Below, piece after piece: positions 28,402 to 38,000 of a stretch of DNA of 64,000 nucleotides. The notes below the pieces were generated by a model. The model was given only the letters and a program-made list of their open reading frames with translations, had not been told where the DNA came from and made no database searches. The stretch lies in contig JAOZFH010000028.1 in the NCBI GenBank assembly GCA_027491415.1, positions 1-64,000 on the forward strand, read 5' to 3'. The position numbers were made by a program, and so were the translations under genes. Every line of letters begins with the position of its first letter. The stretch's first letter is position 1. The DNA is from Thermoproteota archaeon (lineage in GTDB: Archaea; Korarchaeota; Korarchaeia; Korarchaeales; Korarchaeaceae).

Positions 28402-29646
28402 TCACTCTTCCCCCTCCTCCGCCTCCCTGGCTGGCTTGGTCGTGAGGTAACCCGCCGCGGCGCCGAGTACCGCGGCCGCGCCGGCTATCCCGGCGAGGGT
28501 GGTGAGGCGCGGTATCTCGGGGGCGGGCAGCGGCTTGTAGAAGGGCTCGAAGGCGTCCGGGAATCCTGGCATGGTGCAGCCTATGCACACTCCGCCGGTC
28601 CTCGTGGGTCCGCCGACGCCGTCGATCCACCCGACCCGGTTCCACGGACAGTTGCTCACGGGGCCCTTACAGCCGACGTCAAACAGGCACTTGAAGTTGT
28701 TCTCTCCCGGCTCCTCCCTGTGGTCTCCTGCCGCGTAGAACCCAGCCCTCGGGCACTGCTCGTGGGTGGTTCTTCCGAAGATGTACTCTGGGCGCCAGTA
28801 CCTGTCCAGCTTGGGAAGGGGCAGGATACCGTCGACGGCAAGGATCAGGTGGCCCAGGGTCCGGAGGATGGCGTTACCGTTGGCCGGGCAGCCGGGTATG
28901 GCAATGGCGGGCCTGCAGTCCGAGGTGGGGGACACCTGAACGGTTCCCCGGCCCTCTATGAAGTTGAGGAACGGCCTGGCTTCCTCCCACCTCCTGATAG
29001 CGCCGGCTATCCCCCTCACCGGATCGTCGAAGAATCCAAACGCGCCCGTTGGGCTCTCGCCGTCGGCCGTGTACCCATCCTCCAGCACCCTGCTGGCTAC
29101 GATCCCACCGTAGCATGCGCAGTTCCCGATGGCGACCACCGCCGCGGCCCTCTTCAGCAGCCTCCTGAACCACTCGTTTCCGGTGATGGGCCTGCCATTC
29201 TCCTCACCGAGGACGAACCACCAGCCTCCCGTCTTGGCGGCCGCTTCCTCTGTTGGGAAGGAGCCCTCGAGCACCAGCACGTACGGGTCTAGCTCACCGT
29301 TCTCTGCCTTGTGGAGGTACTCGATGGCGGCCTCTCCCCACTCCGGCATTATGGTCTCGTGGAAAACCACCCTTACTTTCCCGGGTCCTATGGCCGGGTT
29401 CTCTCCCACCAAGACCTGTATCAGGTCGGGGGCGTTCCCCTCTATCATCGAGATGGTGTTGCCGGCGCAGTCTTGGGCCTCAAACCAGATCAGGTTCACC
29501 GAGCCGGACTGCAGGGCCTGGGCCGCTGCCTTCTGCAGCTTGCTTAGATCGGCCAGGAGGAGTGACGCCGCGGCGGATACCTTGAGGAAGTCCCTCCTGC
29601 TGATTGTAACGGGCGCCCTCTCCGGCATCTGCTCTCCCTCGGCCAT
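28402..29646 (-). CDS. hynS: [NiFe]-hydrogenase small subunit with Tat signal and C-terminal membrane anchor
   Basis: SRRDFLK, CAGN, GNCA, PGCP, HEQC...CL..GCKGP..NCP...CIGC and a hydrophobic C-terminal helix. Confidence 0.95.
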   Translation of the reverse strand: MAEGEQMPERAPVTISRRDFLKVSAAASLLLADLSKLQKAAAQALQSGSVNLIWFEAQDCAGNTISMIEGNAPDLIQVLVGENPAIGPGKVRVVFHETIMPEWGEAAIEYLHKAENGELDPYVLVLEGSFPTEEAAAKTGGWWFVLGEENGRPITGNEWFRRLLKRAAAVVAIGNCACYGGIVASRVLEDGYTADGESPTGAFGFFDDPVRGIAGAIRRWEEARPFLNFIEGRGTVQVSPTSDCRPAIAIPGCPANGNAILRTLGHLILAVDGILPLPKLDRYWRPEYIFGRTTHEQCPRAGFYAAGDHREEPGENNFKCLFDVGCKGPVSNCPWNRVGWIDGVGGPTRTGGVCIGCTMPGFPDAFEPFYKPLPAPEIPRLTTLAGIAGAAAVLGAAAGYLTTKPAREAEEGEE

Positions 29647-29744
29647 TTGGGATCACCTTAAGTGTATAGAAGTGAAATCATTGACAGATCTAAAATAATA
29701 AAAACGGAGCGCTATAATCCTGGCCGGAGCCGGGCCCACGGGCA

Positions 29745-29796
29745 GTAACTATAGTAAAGATTTGTGTTAATACTATAACGGGTAAATAGTAACACC
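29745..29796. promoter_or_regulatory. AT-rich divergent promoter with NikR-like half-sites at 22-bp period
   Basis: GTAACTAT (29745), TTAATACT (29767) and GTAACACC (29789) lie between hynS and the maturation operon. Confidence 0.5.
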
Positions 29797-29810
29797 GAGG
29801 TGCGACCCTG

Positions 29811-30578
29811 GTGGGAGACCTCAAGGAGTTCGCTCGGATCCTGGGCGCGCTTGCGAGGAGCGTGAATGAGCTGAAGCGATCCGTGTGGAGAGAGACCATA
29901 CAAAACCTTGGTCTTGACAAGATCTTGATCTACGACCTCAGCGACGCCCAGCCTGAGGACACGGAGGCGATGAGGGCCGAGGTGACTCGGGCCCTAGGAG
30001 GCGGCGAGGATCTTAGTGATGCGCTGAAGAGCGCGATCAGCTCAGGACCGAGGAGGAGAATCTCGATGGGCGGTAAGAAGGTGGCCCTGCTACTCGTCTG
30101 GCCGGGCATACGGAGGGACCCGACCCTGCCCGACAGGCTCAGAGAGGAGCTGAGCCCACTCCCCCTTGGAGTAAAGACGTTCGACGCCAGCAGCTACCCA
30201 CTAGCGGCCGTTCAGGAGGCGGCCGAGTACGGGCCCGACGAGGTCGTGGTGGTGGGGTTCAGAGAGGCGCGCCCTGAGGCCGCAGAGCCCGGGCGCGTGA
30301 GCAGATACCTGAGGTCGATACCCATTCCCGAGGATCGCGTGAAGGCGTCTGAGAGACTGGGTTCCATCCTTTCAGGTGAGGTTGATGTTGACGGGGTCGC
30401 CTACGCGGCGGCCCTCCTGACCGGCAGGTCAGAGGTCTGGGTCCTCGAGTGTTACATCAGCGCAGATAGCCAGGGCGATCCCGATGTGGAAGGCGGCTGG
30501 GAGGCCGATGAGACTTGCCTGAAGTCCCTCGTGAGGGAGCTGAGGAATCTCCTGAGAGAGATGGGGTTCTCATTCTAG
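29811..30578 (+). CDS. Hydrogenase-associated hypothetical protein, C-terminal half resembling a degenerate maturation protease
   Basis: First gene of the maturation operon. KKVALLLVWPGIRRDPTLPDRL...VKTFDA...DEVVVVG parallels the HyaD fold without its catalytic DDG. Confidence 0.6.
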   Translation: MGDLKEFARILGALARSVNELKRSVWRETIQNLGLDKILIYDLSDAQPEDTEAMRAEVTRALGGGEDLSDALKSAISSGPRRRISMGGKKVALLLVWPGIRRDPTLPDRLREELSPLPLGVKTFDASSYPLAAVQEAAEYGPDEVVVVGFREARPEAAEPGRVSRYLRSIPIPEDRVKASERLGSILSGEVDVDGVAYAAALLTGRSEVWVLECYISADSQGDPDVEGGWEADETCLKSLVRELRNLLREMGFSF

Positions 30579-31117
30579 GGATAGGCAACAGGCTACTCAG
30601 AGACGACGGCCTCGGTTCCTGCTTCGCCGAGGCCCTCTCCACCCTCCCCCTCCCCGAATGGGTCCGCGCCGTCGACGGGGGCCTTGGGGGGCTATCGCTC
30701 ATAGACCCCATGGAAGACGCCGAGATCCTTGTGCTCATCGACGCCCTCTCCCGGGACCACGGCCAGCCGGGAGAGGCCAGGATACTGGTGGTAAACCCGG
30801 GCGCGGTGAGTCCAGAGGAGGCCGTGAGAATGCTCGTGGAGGTGGGCAGTCACGGAGTCACCCCCGAGATTCTCCTGGCCGCCGCGTCGGCCCTCGGCGC
30901 CCTGCCGCCTAGATCCTACGTCGCCGGGGTCGTGGCCGCAGAGGTGGACGTGGGGGTGGGCCTGAGCGACGCCGTCTTAAGGGGCTGCCTGAGGCTGCTG
31001 GACTTGTTAAACGATCTCCTAGTGTCTGAAGGCTATGGGGAGCTAAACGTTCGGGAACAGGACCTCATGAGGGCGCTGACCGCCGTATGCCCGCGCGACC
31101 TGCCAAATATAATTTGA
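30515..31117 (+). CDS. hyaD: Hydrogenase maturation endopeptidase (HyaD/HycI family)
   Basis: ILGIGNRLLRDDGLG, VDGG, LIDA and SH motifs. Confidence 0.93.
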   Translation: MPEVPREGAEESPERDGVLILGIGNRLLRDDGLGSCFAEALSTLPLPEWVRAVDGGLGGLSLIDPMEDAEILVLIDALSRDHGQPGEARILVVNPGAVSPEEAVRMLVEVGSHGVTPEILLAAASALGALPPRSYVAGVVAAEVDVGVGLSDAVLRGCLRLLDLLNDLLVSEGYGELNVREQDLMRALTAVCPRDLPNII

Positions 31118-31137
31118 CTAGCTAGGGAGGGCTGAGG

Positions 31138-31575
31138 ATGCACGAGTGGTCACTCGCCGAGGCCGTCGTGAACTCCCTGCTGAGCTTTGCGCGGAAGGAG
31201 GGAGTGAGCTCTTTCCGAGAGGTGGAGCTGACTTTCGGCGAGGTCATGGAACTCAACCGCGACATATTTCGAACGGCCTTTGAGGAACTCTCCAGGGGGA
31301 CGCCGCTCGAGGGAGCCCGGCTCGTCATCCGCGAGGAGCCGGCGCTGTTCAGGTGCAACTCGTGTGGTCACACCTGGGACTTTGATGAGGCGCACAAGAT
31401 GCTGTCCCACGAGCTGGGAATCTTAGAAGAGCCCAGCGGGGATAGAGAGAGCCCCCTCCACTTCTTGCCCGATCTCGCGAGGGCTCTTCTCAAGTGCCCC
31501 TCCTGCGGGAGCCGAGACTTCGAGCTGGTGTCCGGCAAGAACTTGAGGGTCTCTAGGGTGGTGATCTCGGAGTGA
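31138..31575 (+). CDS. hypA: Nickel metallochaperone HypA
   Basis: MHEWSLA and CNSC...CPSC with a long inter-CxxC insertion (Thermococcales-like). Confidence 0.95.
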   Translation: MHEWSLAEAVVNSLLSFARKEGVSSFREVELTFGEVMELNRDIFRTAFEELSRGTPLEGARLVIREEPALFRCNSCGHTWDFDEAHKMLSHELGILEEPSGDRESPLHFLPDLARALLKCPSCGSRDFELVSGKNLRVSRVVISE

Positions 31576-32375
31576 GCGGCGCCGATGTGGACCCCATGCT
31601 CCACGAAGCTAGGGCCAGGCTCTCCAGAGCCGATAAGGTGATTGCAATATCTGCTGGGAAGGGGGGCGTGGGCAAGAGCTTCATCACGGCCTCTATGGCA
31701 GCCGCCCTGGCCGAGAGGGGCAGGAGGGTTGGGGTGTTGGATCTAGATGTGCACGGTCCCACGGTGCCCAAGATCTTGGGCGCGAGGGGCGAGATCACCG
31801 CTTGGAAAGGGGGCCTGCGTCCCCTCAGGTCGGGGAACATAGAACTGATGTCCGTAGGCTTCATGATAGGAGAGGAGCCTCTGCCAAGCGCCGGCGGGGA
31901 GAAGATGAGCCTGATATCGACCCTGGCCGCCCTGACTGACTGGGGCCATCTCGAATACCTCCTGATCGACGTCCCCCCAGGCACGGGAGAGGAGATCACG
32001 TGGCTGCTCCGCGCACTCCGGGGACTGGAGGGTGCAGGCGTGCTCGTGGTTACCACTCCTTCCCTCCTGGCGGAGTCTGTGGTGAGGAGGCTCCTCAAGC
32101 TCCTGAGGGACGAGAGGGTCGATGTCTTGGGCATAGTTGAGAATCTATCCTACTTCAGGTGCGGAGGTAAACTCATTAGGCCCTTCGGAGAGGGGGCGGC
32201 AGAGAGGCTGTCGAGGGAGTTCGCCGTTCCGGTCTTGGCGAGGCTGCCAATCGATCCCTCAATAGAAGAGGCTATCTTGTCCGGGAATTTCTACCGATCC
32301 CTATCTGAGGAGGTGAGGTCTGCAATATCGGGACTCGTCGAGTCCGTGGAGACCCTGAACCCTGCCGGGAGGTGA
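31572..32375 (+). CDS. Mrp/NBP35-family ATPase, probably ATP-type HypB
   Basis: GKGGVGKS, DLDVHGP, DVPPGTG and ENLS motifs. Lies between hypA and hypC and lacks the Mrp CxxC. Confidence 0.88.
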   Translation: MSGADVDPMLHEARARLSRADKVIAISAGKGGVGKSFITASMAAALAERGRRVGVLDLDVHGPTVPKILGARGEITAWKGGLRPLRSGNIELMSVGFMIGEEPLPSAGGEKMSLISTLAALTDWGHLEYLLIDVPPGTGEEITWLLRALRGLEGAGVLVVTTPSLLAESVVRRLLKLLRDERVDVLGIVENLSYFRCGGKLIRPFGEGAAERLSREFAVPVLARLPIDPSIEEAILSGNFYRSLSEEVRSAISGLVESVETLNPAGR

Positions 32376-32380
32376 TCGCG

Positions 32381-32626
32381 ATGTGCCTTGGAATACCGGG
32401 GATCGTGGTGGAGGTTAAGGGGAGGATGGCCGTGGTCGACTTCGGGGGCGTCAGGAGGGAGGTCGACGCTACCCTTGAGAGGGTTTCGCCGGGAGACCAC
32501 GTCATCGTGCACGCCGGGATGATAATCTCAAAGCTCAGTCCCAAGGAAGCGGAAGAGACCATCAGAGTGTGGAGGGAACTCATAGAGGCCATATCGTCCG
32601 GGGAGGAATTGGGAAGTGCGAGATGA
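32381..32626 (+). CDS. hypC: Hydrogenase chaperone HypC
   Basis: MCLGIPG...VDFGGV.RE...GDHVIVHAG. Confidence 0.96.
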   Translation: MCLGIPGIVVEVKGRMAVVDFGGVRREVDATLERVSPGDHVIVHAGMIISKLSPKEAEETIRVWRELIEAISSGEELGSAR

Positions 32627-33656
32627 AGCCGTTCGCCTTGCCCACGGATCCGGCGGCAGAGAGACCTTCAGCCTGATCCGAGAGCTGATAGTCTCCATGC
32701 TAGAGGAGGACATGAAGAGAGTCGAAGGAGGAGTTGGCACGGACGAGCTGGACGACGGGGCGTCCATCCCGCTGCCGGACGGGAGACACCTGGTCTTCAC
32801 GGCGGACTCCTACACGGTCAAGCCCCCTTTCTTCCCGGGTGGGAACATAGGGGAACTTGCGGCGGCCGGAACGATCAACGACCTGCTGATGATGGGGGCC
32901 AAGCCGGTCGCGATGCTCGATGCGATGGTCGTGGAGGAGGGCTTCCCCATGGACGACCTCAGGAGGATCGTAAGCTCGCTGGTATCCACCCTCAGGGATG
33001 AGGGCGTGAAGCTGATCGGAGGTGACTTCAAGGTTATGCCTCGAGGGAACGTCGATGGCATCGTCATAACCACGGCCGGCGTGGGCGTGGCCGAGAGGCT
33101 GATCGTCGACTCCCGGATTAAGCCGGGAGACAAGCTAATCATCACAGGAAGCGTCGGCGAGCACGGCGCGGCGATACTGGCCGCACAGCGGGGGGTCGAC
33201 GTGGAGTCTCAGGGGCTCTCCAGCGACTCAAAGCCGCTCACCAGCCTGATGCTTCCCCTCCTGCGGGAGTACGGTGATCGCATTCGGGCCGCCCAGGATC
33301 CAACCAGGGGGGGCATCTCTCAGTCCTTGAACGAGTGGGCCTCTAAGACGGGGCTGGTATTGGTTGTGGATGAGTCACGGATCCCGGTGAGGGAGGAGGT
33401 CCGAGCCTACACAGAGCTCTTGGGTGTCGATCCGCTGTCGCTTGCGTGCGAGGGAAGAGCCCTGCTTGCGGTCGATCCAGGGTCGGCAGACGAGATTCTG
33501 GAGTTCATCCGGGGGCGCGGAGAGCGGGACGCCCAGATAATAGGTGAAGCGCGGGCTTCCGAGAGGTACGGCGGTCTGGTGCTGATCAAGACCGTGGCGG
33601 GCGGCCTCAGGATACTAGAACCGCCCTCGGGCGTTCCGGTCCCTCGTATCTGCTGA
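32616..33656 (+). CDS. hypE: Carbamoyl dehydratase HypE
   Basis: LAHGSGG, DSYTVKP.FFPGG.IG, DPTRGG and C-terminal PRIC. Confidence 0.97.
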   Translation: MRDEAVRLAHGSGGRETFSLIRELIVSMLEEDMKRVEGGVGTDELDDGASIPLPDGRHLVFTADSYTVKPPFFPGGNIGELAAAGTINDLLMMGAKPVAMLDAMVVEEGFPMDDLRRIVSSLVSTLRDEGVKLIGGDFKVMPRGNVDGIVITTAGVGVAERLIVDSRIKPGDKLIITGSVGEHGAAILAAQRGVDVESQGLSSDSKPLTSLMLPLLREYGDRIRAAQDPTRGGISQSLNEWASKTGLVLVVDESRIPVREEVRAYTELLGVDPLSLACEGRALLAVDPGSADEILEFIRGRGERDAQIIGEARASERYGGLVLIKTVAGGLRILEPPSGVPVPRIC

Positions 33657-33660
33657 GAGG

Positions 33661-34488
33661 GTGATCGATCCCCTTATTTTTCCTGACTGGAGTGGCTCGC
33701 CCGTGCCACCGTTGTGCTGCACTGGAAGCGTCGGGATACTCTGCTGGTCTGGGGGCGAGCTCTCTGAGGTCGAGGACGTCGTCGTAGAAGAAGCCACCGT
33801 CGAGATCTACCTCAACGGTGAGTTCCTCGTGAGGCTGCAGGCTCTTCCGAGCGACCTCAGCGAGTTGGGAGTCGGATACGTAGTCTCCGAGGGCCTCTCG
33901 ACCCCAGAGGGCGTGAGGGCCTGGGGGGCCCGTGGTACTAGGGTGGAGATCCAGGCCGAGGCTCGACCCCCTGCCAGGAGGACCCTAACGCTGACCACCT
34001 CGTGCGGCGGCGGAGTGGCCTCCGTGGCCCTCCCAGAGGGAATCAGGCCCCTGGATCCTTCCGAGGGCCCGACCATATCCCCTGACGCGGTAGAGAGGGT
34101 CTCTCAGACCATAATGAGGGGGACCGAGCTTCACAGGAGAACTGGCGCCACGCACGTGGCCGGCGCCTTCGACTCTTTCGGAGAGCCTCTATTCGTATAC
34201 GAGGACGTTGGGAGGCACAATGCGGTGGACAAGGTCATTGGAAGGGCCGTAATGACTCACACATCCACCAAGGACATAGTCCTTGCGGTGTCGGGTCGAC
34301 TCACCCTGGAGATGACGCTGAAGGCCCTCAGGTCCGGGGTCAGGGTGCTGGTGTCAAAGTCGGCGCCGACTTTGGCGGCCGTTGAGGTGGCCAGGAGATC
34401 CAACCTGACTCTCATAGGCTTCGCAAGGGGGCCCAGGTTCAATGTCTACAGCGCGCCGGAGAGGCTGTCTCTCATCCCTCCTGCCTGA
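33661..34488 (+). CDS. fdhD: Formate dehydrogenase accessory sulfurtransferase FdhD
   Basis: TGATH, EDVGRHNAVDKVIG, SGR, SAPT and LTLIGFAR motifs. Confidence 0.93.
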   Translation: MIDPLIFPDWSGSPVPPLCCTGSVGILCWSGGELSEVEDVVVEEATVEIYLNGEFLVRLQALPSDLSELGVGYVVSEGLSTPEGVRAWGARGTRVEIQAEARPPARRTLTLTTSCGGGVASVALPEGIRPLDPSEGPTISPDAVERVSQTIMRGTELHRRTGATHVAGAFDSFGEPLFVYEDVGRHNAVDKVIGRAVMTHTSTKDIVLAVSGRLTLEMTLKALRSGVRVLVSKSAPTLAAVEVARRSNLTLIGFARGPRFNVYSAPERLSLIPPA

Positions 34489-34612
34489 CATCGAACTTAT
34501 CTCTCTTCTTGGCCCCCTTCTTTCTGCACTTGGAGGTCTCTGGGTAGAGCATCTCCTCCAGAGCGAAGTAATCCTCGGGCACCTCCTCAACGAAGTTCTC
34601 TCCAGAGCTCAT
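34472..34612 (-). CDS. Possible small protein (46 aa; ORF extendable to 34792)
   Basis: MSSGENFVEEVPEDYFALEEMLYPETSKCRKKGAKKRDKFDVRQEG, preceded by GGTGGTG. Confidence 0.35.
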   Translation of the reverse strand: MSSGENFVEEVPEDYFALEEMLYPETSKCRKKGAKKRDKFDVRQEG

Positions 34613-34819
34613 TGGATGGACACCACCCATCTTGGGGGTCGACCGTCCCGCAATTAAATGATCCACCAACTCCAGATCTCTCTCCTCCCGTTTCTGGCAG
34701 AGCAGACCTGTGCTGCCGACGGCCGTTGCCGAGACCGAGATGCCGCGGCCCAACCACGCGATGAGCCCCGCCTCCGGTACCGGCGTGGCCATCTAAGCAC
34801 CCTGTTACCCCATCTCTTT

Positions 34820-35030
34820 GCATAAATTTTCTTTACATTTATCGGAGCTGAATATTTGAGATAATTATTCAAATGTGATATGTCACACGTTATTTCTATT
34901 GTTTAGATTCAGAAGCTAATCCAAAACAATAATTATTTACAGTAAAGATTGAAATGACAATTGCTATTTCCACAAAGCTGAAATTATCAGCGTTATCCTG
35001 AACAGGAATATCGACGATTTATTAGCTTTG
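34820..35030. promoter_or_regulatory. Strongly AT-rich regulatory region upstream of the fdo operon, with palindrome TGTGATATGTCACA
   Basis: Sharp AT-rich block in GC-rich DNA. Near-perfect 14-bp palindrome at 34874-34887. Confidence 0.6.
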
Positions 35031-35076
35031 ATACGATTGCAGGCCCCACACCCTGCCGACGGGGGGGTGAATCCGT

Positions 35077-38000
35077 TTGGAGGAACACGCGATCCGTAGG
35101 AGGGACTTTCTGAAGCTAGTAGGCCTCGGCACGGTGCCTCTACTTCTCAGCGATTCTGCGCGGAAGGTACTGGCCCTAGACCAGCCGAAGAGGTATGGGC
35201 TCGGCGAGGTAGGCCACAAAGACATAGAGGCGGCCCGCGAGGTCAGAGGGGTCTGCGCCTACTGTGCCGTGGGCTGCGGCATAATCTTCTATAGGGTGGG
35301 AGACAGGGTCATACACGTCGAAGGCGATCCAGACAACCCGATAAATGAGGGCAAGCTCTGTCCGAAGGGACAGGCCTCCATAGAGCTGTTCGGAGACCAC
35401 AACCCGCGCAGGCTCAGGACGCCTATGATCAGGGTGAACCCGAAGCCGCCTCTAGAGGAGATCAAGAAGGTCAGGAGCCAGGAGGAACTCAGGGCAGTCC
35501 TGGAGAAGTACAAGCCGATCTGGAAGCCCGTGACCTGGGAGGATGCCTTTGAATACATCTCCAGACGCATCAAGGAGATACTGGACGAGGTCGGCTGGGA
35601 CCCCAGGCAGTCCGACGGCTACTACTACTTCGGCAAGAAGTTCCCAGTCATGATCGAGGCCGGGGCTAAGCTGACCAACGAGGAGGCCTACATCATCAAG
35701 AAGATGGCCGCGCTCATGGGATCTCACAACATTGACCACGACGCCAGGAGGTGCCACTCCACCACCGTCGCTGGCCTGGCGGGTACCGTCGGCTTCGGCG
35801 CCCAGACCCAGACATTCATAGACACCCAGTTCATCTCCGCGTACCTGATCTTCGGCGGCAACCCAGCCGAGGCTCACCCGGTGAGCATGAGGCATACCCT
35901 GAGAGGCAAGGAGAAGGGCACGCTCAAGCTGATAGTGGTCGACCCAAGGTATAACAGGACGGCAAGCCAGGCGGACATTTTCGCGTTCTTCAGGCCGGGA
36001 AGCGACTTGGCGTTCCTGCTCTACATCCTGCACTACGCGTTCTGGGAGCGGAACCCGCCTGTGGATCAGCTCGACACCTTCAAGGAGTACGCCCAGAGGT
36101 TCAACGTCGACCTCGACGAGATCAACGAGTTCAAGGAGATCGCCAAGGAGTACACGGCCGAGGAGGTATCTCGGATCACCGGAATACCGGTGGAGAAGCT
36201 TAGGCTGATAGCCCAGACCTTTGTGGAGAACTCGGGAGTGACGACGGGTTTCAAGAAGTTCGCGTCTATCCAGTGGGCCATGGGGATGACCCAGCACCAC
36301 ATAGGGACCCAGATAACCAGGCTGAGCACCCTGGTGCAGCTCACCTTGGGCAACATGGGCTTCCCGGGCGGGGGCCTGAACCCCTACAGGGGTCACAGCA
36401 ACGTGCAGGGGACCACGGACATGTGCATACTTTCTCACATCCTGCCGGGCTACATCAAGCAGCCATCTAGCACCCTGCAGATCAGGGTCTACCAGGACTG
36501 GAAGAACCAGGGGTTCCCGGACGCCTGGAACTGGGAGATCCCCGAGTGGGCTGGCTCAGCGTTCGGCCCCAACGAGAAGGGCAAGGTCAACTCCACCAAG
36601 GTGCTCTGGAGCTGGTGGTTCCACAACTGGAGGAAGTTCGAGCTGACCTGGGGCATCTTCGTCGGCACCGACCCAGAGAGCGACCCGCAGAACGGCACCG
36701 TGATAAGCGACATCCCGTTCGGCGCCGGCTACACCGAGAACACGTGGTGGCAGGGCGCCCTGTTCGACGACGTGATCAAGGCCGCCATAATCATGGCCGA
36801 GAACCCCGCCGTCAGTAACGCGGACACCCTGACCGAGTACATGGCCCTGGCCTCCCTGAAGCTGCTCGTCGTGGTGGATCTCTGGGAGACTGAGACCGCC
36901 ACGTTCGCCGACGTCCTCCTGCCGGGCGCCGTGCAGTACGAGAAGTACGGCAGCATAACCAACAGCAACAGGTGGCTCCAGTGGCAGGACCGCGTCGTCC
37001 CGCCGCCGGGCGACGCGAAGCCCGACCTTTGGATAATGCTCAAGCTGTGGGAGTATTTCAGGAAGAACGGCATCGTCAGACTGCCCAGCGAGGTCTACGG
37101 CAAGAGCAGGGAGAACGTGCTGATCAAGAACCCGAAGAAGGGTGAGTTCGTCAAGCTCTACGAGAGGCGCGTGAGGGTCTTCATGGACTACGCCTCCGGG
37201 AGGTACCCCGACCCAGACTACGCCGAAGCTGACCCCGAGCTGGTCTACCGGGAGATCGACATCGCGGTCGACCTCTACAACGGCATGTACGACTGGGTCA
37301 GGCACAAGATCCTCGCCAAGAGGAGGATACCGATCCTCAGGTCTGAGGACCAGATAGACGGCATCCTCGACCGGACCTACCTCATGCACAAGGACTGGGG
37401 CTGGTCCTGGCCCAAGAACGTCAGGATCCTGTACAACCTCTGGACCCTGTCCAAGACCCTCGAGAGGACTGTGACCTACAGGTTCCCGGCCGGGAGATAT
37501 GCGGTCGGGCCCGAGCTCGACGGCCAGACAGTCACCATCACCGGAGAGACGGGCGAGATAAGGGACTCTAAGACCGGCGATTGGAGGCCTGCCTTCATCC
37601 CGGGCCACAACTTCGTCATCGGCAAGTTCTACAAGAGGGCCTGGAGCGGGAAGACCGACGTCTTCACCGGGGCCGTCGACCCGTGGAGGCTCCTCTACGA
37701 CGAGGAGGTCGTTGGGAAGTTCGTGATCTTTGACGAGAACGGAGACTACAGGATAGTGGGCCTCGAGGAGATGGGAGTCAGGTACCCGATCGCCGAGAGC
37801 TTCTACTACGACCCGGAGGTCGTCTTCACCGGCAAGGCCAGCTACAAGAAGCCGTTCTTCAAGGGCACCAAGGACCTCGGCGACGGCAGGGTCGTTAAGT
37901 ACGTAGGCTACTACGAGTGGAGGCAGGTCAAGGACGCCTTTAGCCAGGAGCTAGCCCAGCTGGCGCAGAGCAAGGGCCTCAAGGAGGCGATCATCGAGCT

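Noticed and set aside
28051-29292. 413-aa plus-strand ORF, and similar long antisense ORFs over fdoG
   Set aside because: These overlap well-supported hydrogenase or FDH genes on the other strand.
35740-35770. Possible selenocysteine in FDH or hydrogenase
   Set aside because: Active-site codons are Cys (RRCHS; DPCIAC) with no in-frame TGA.
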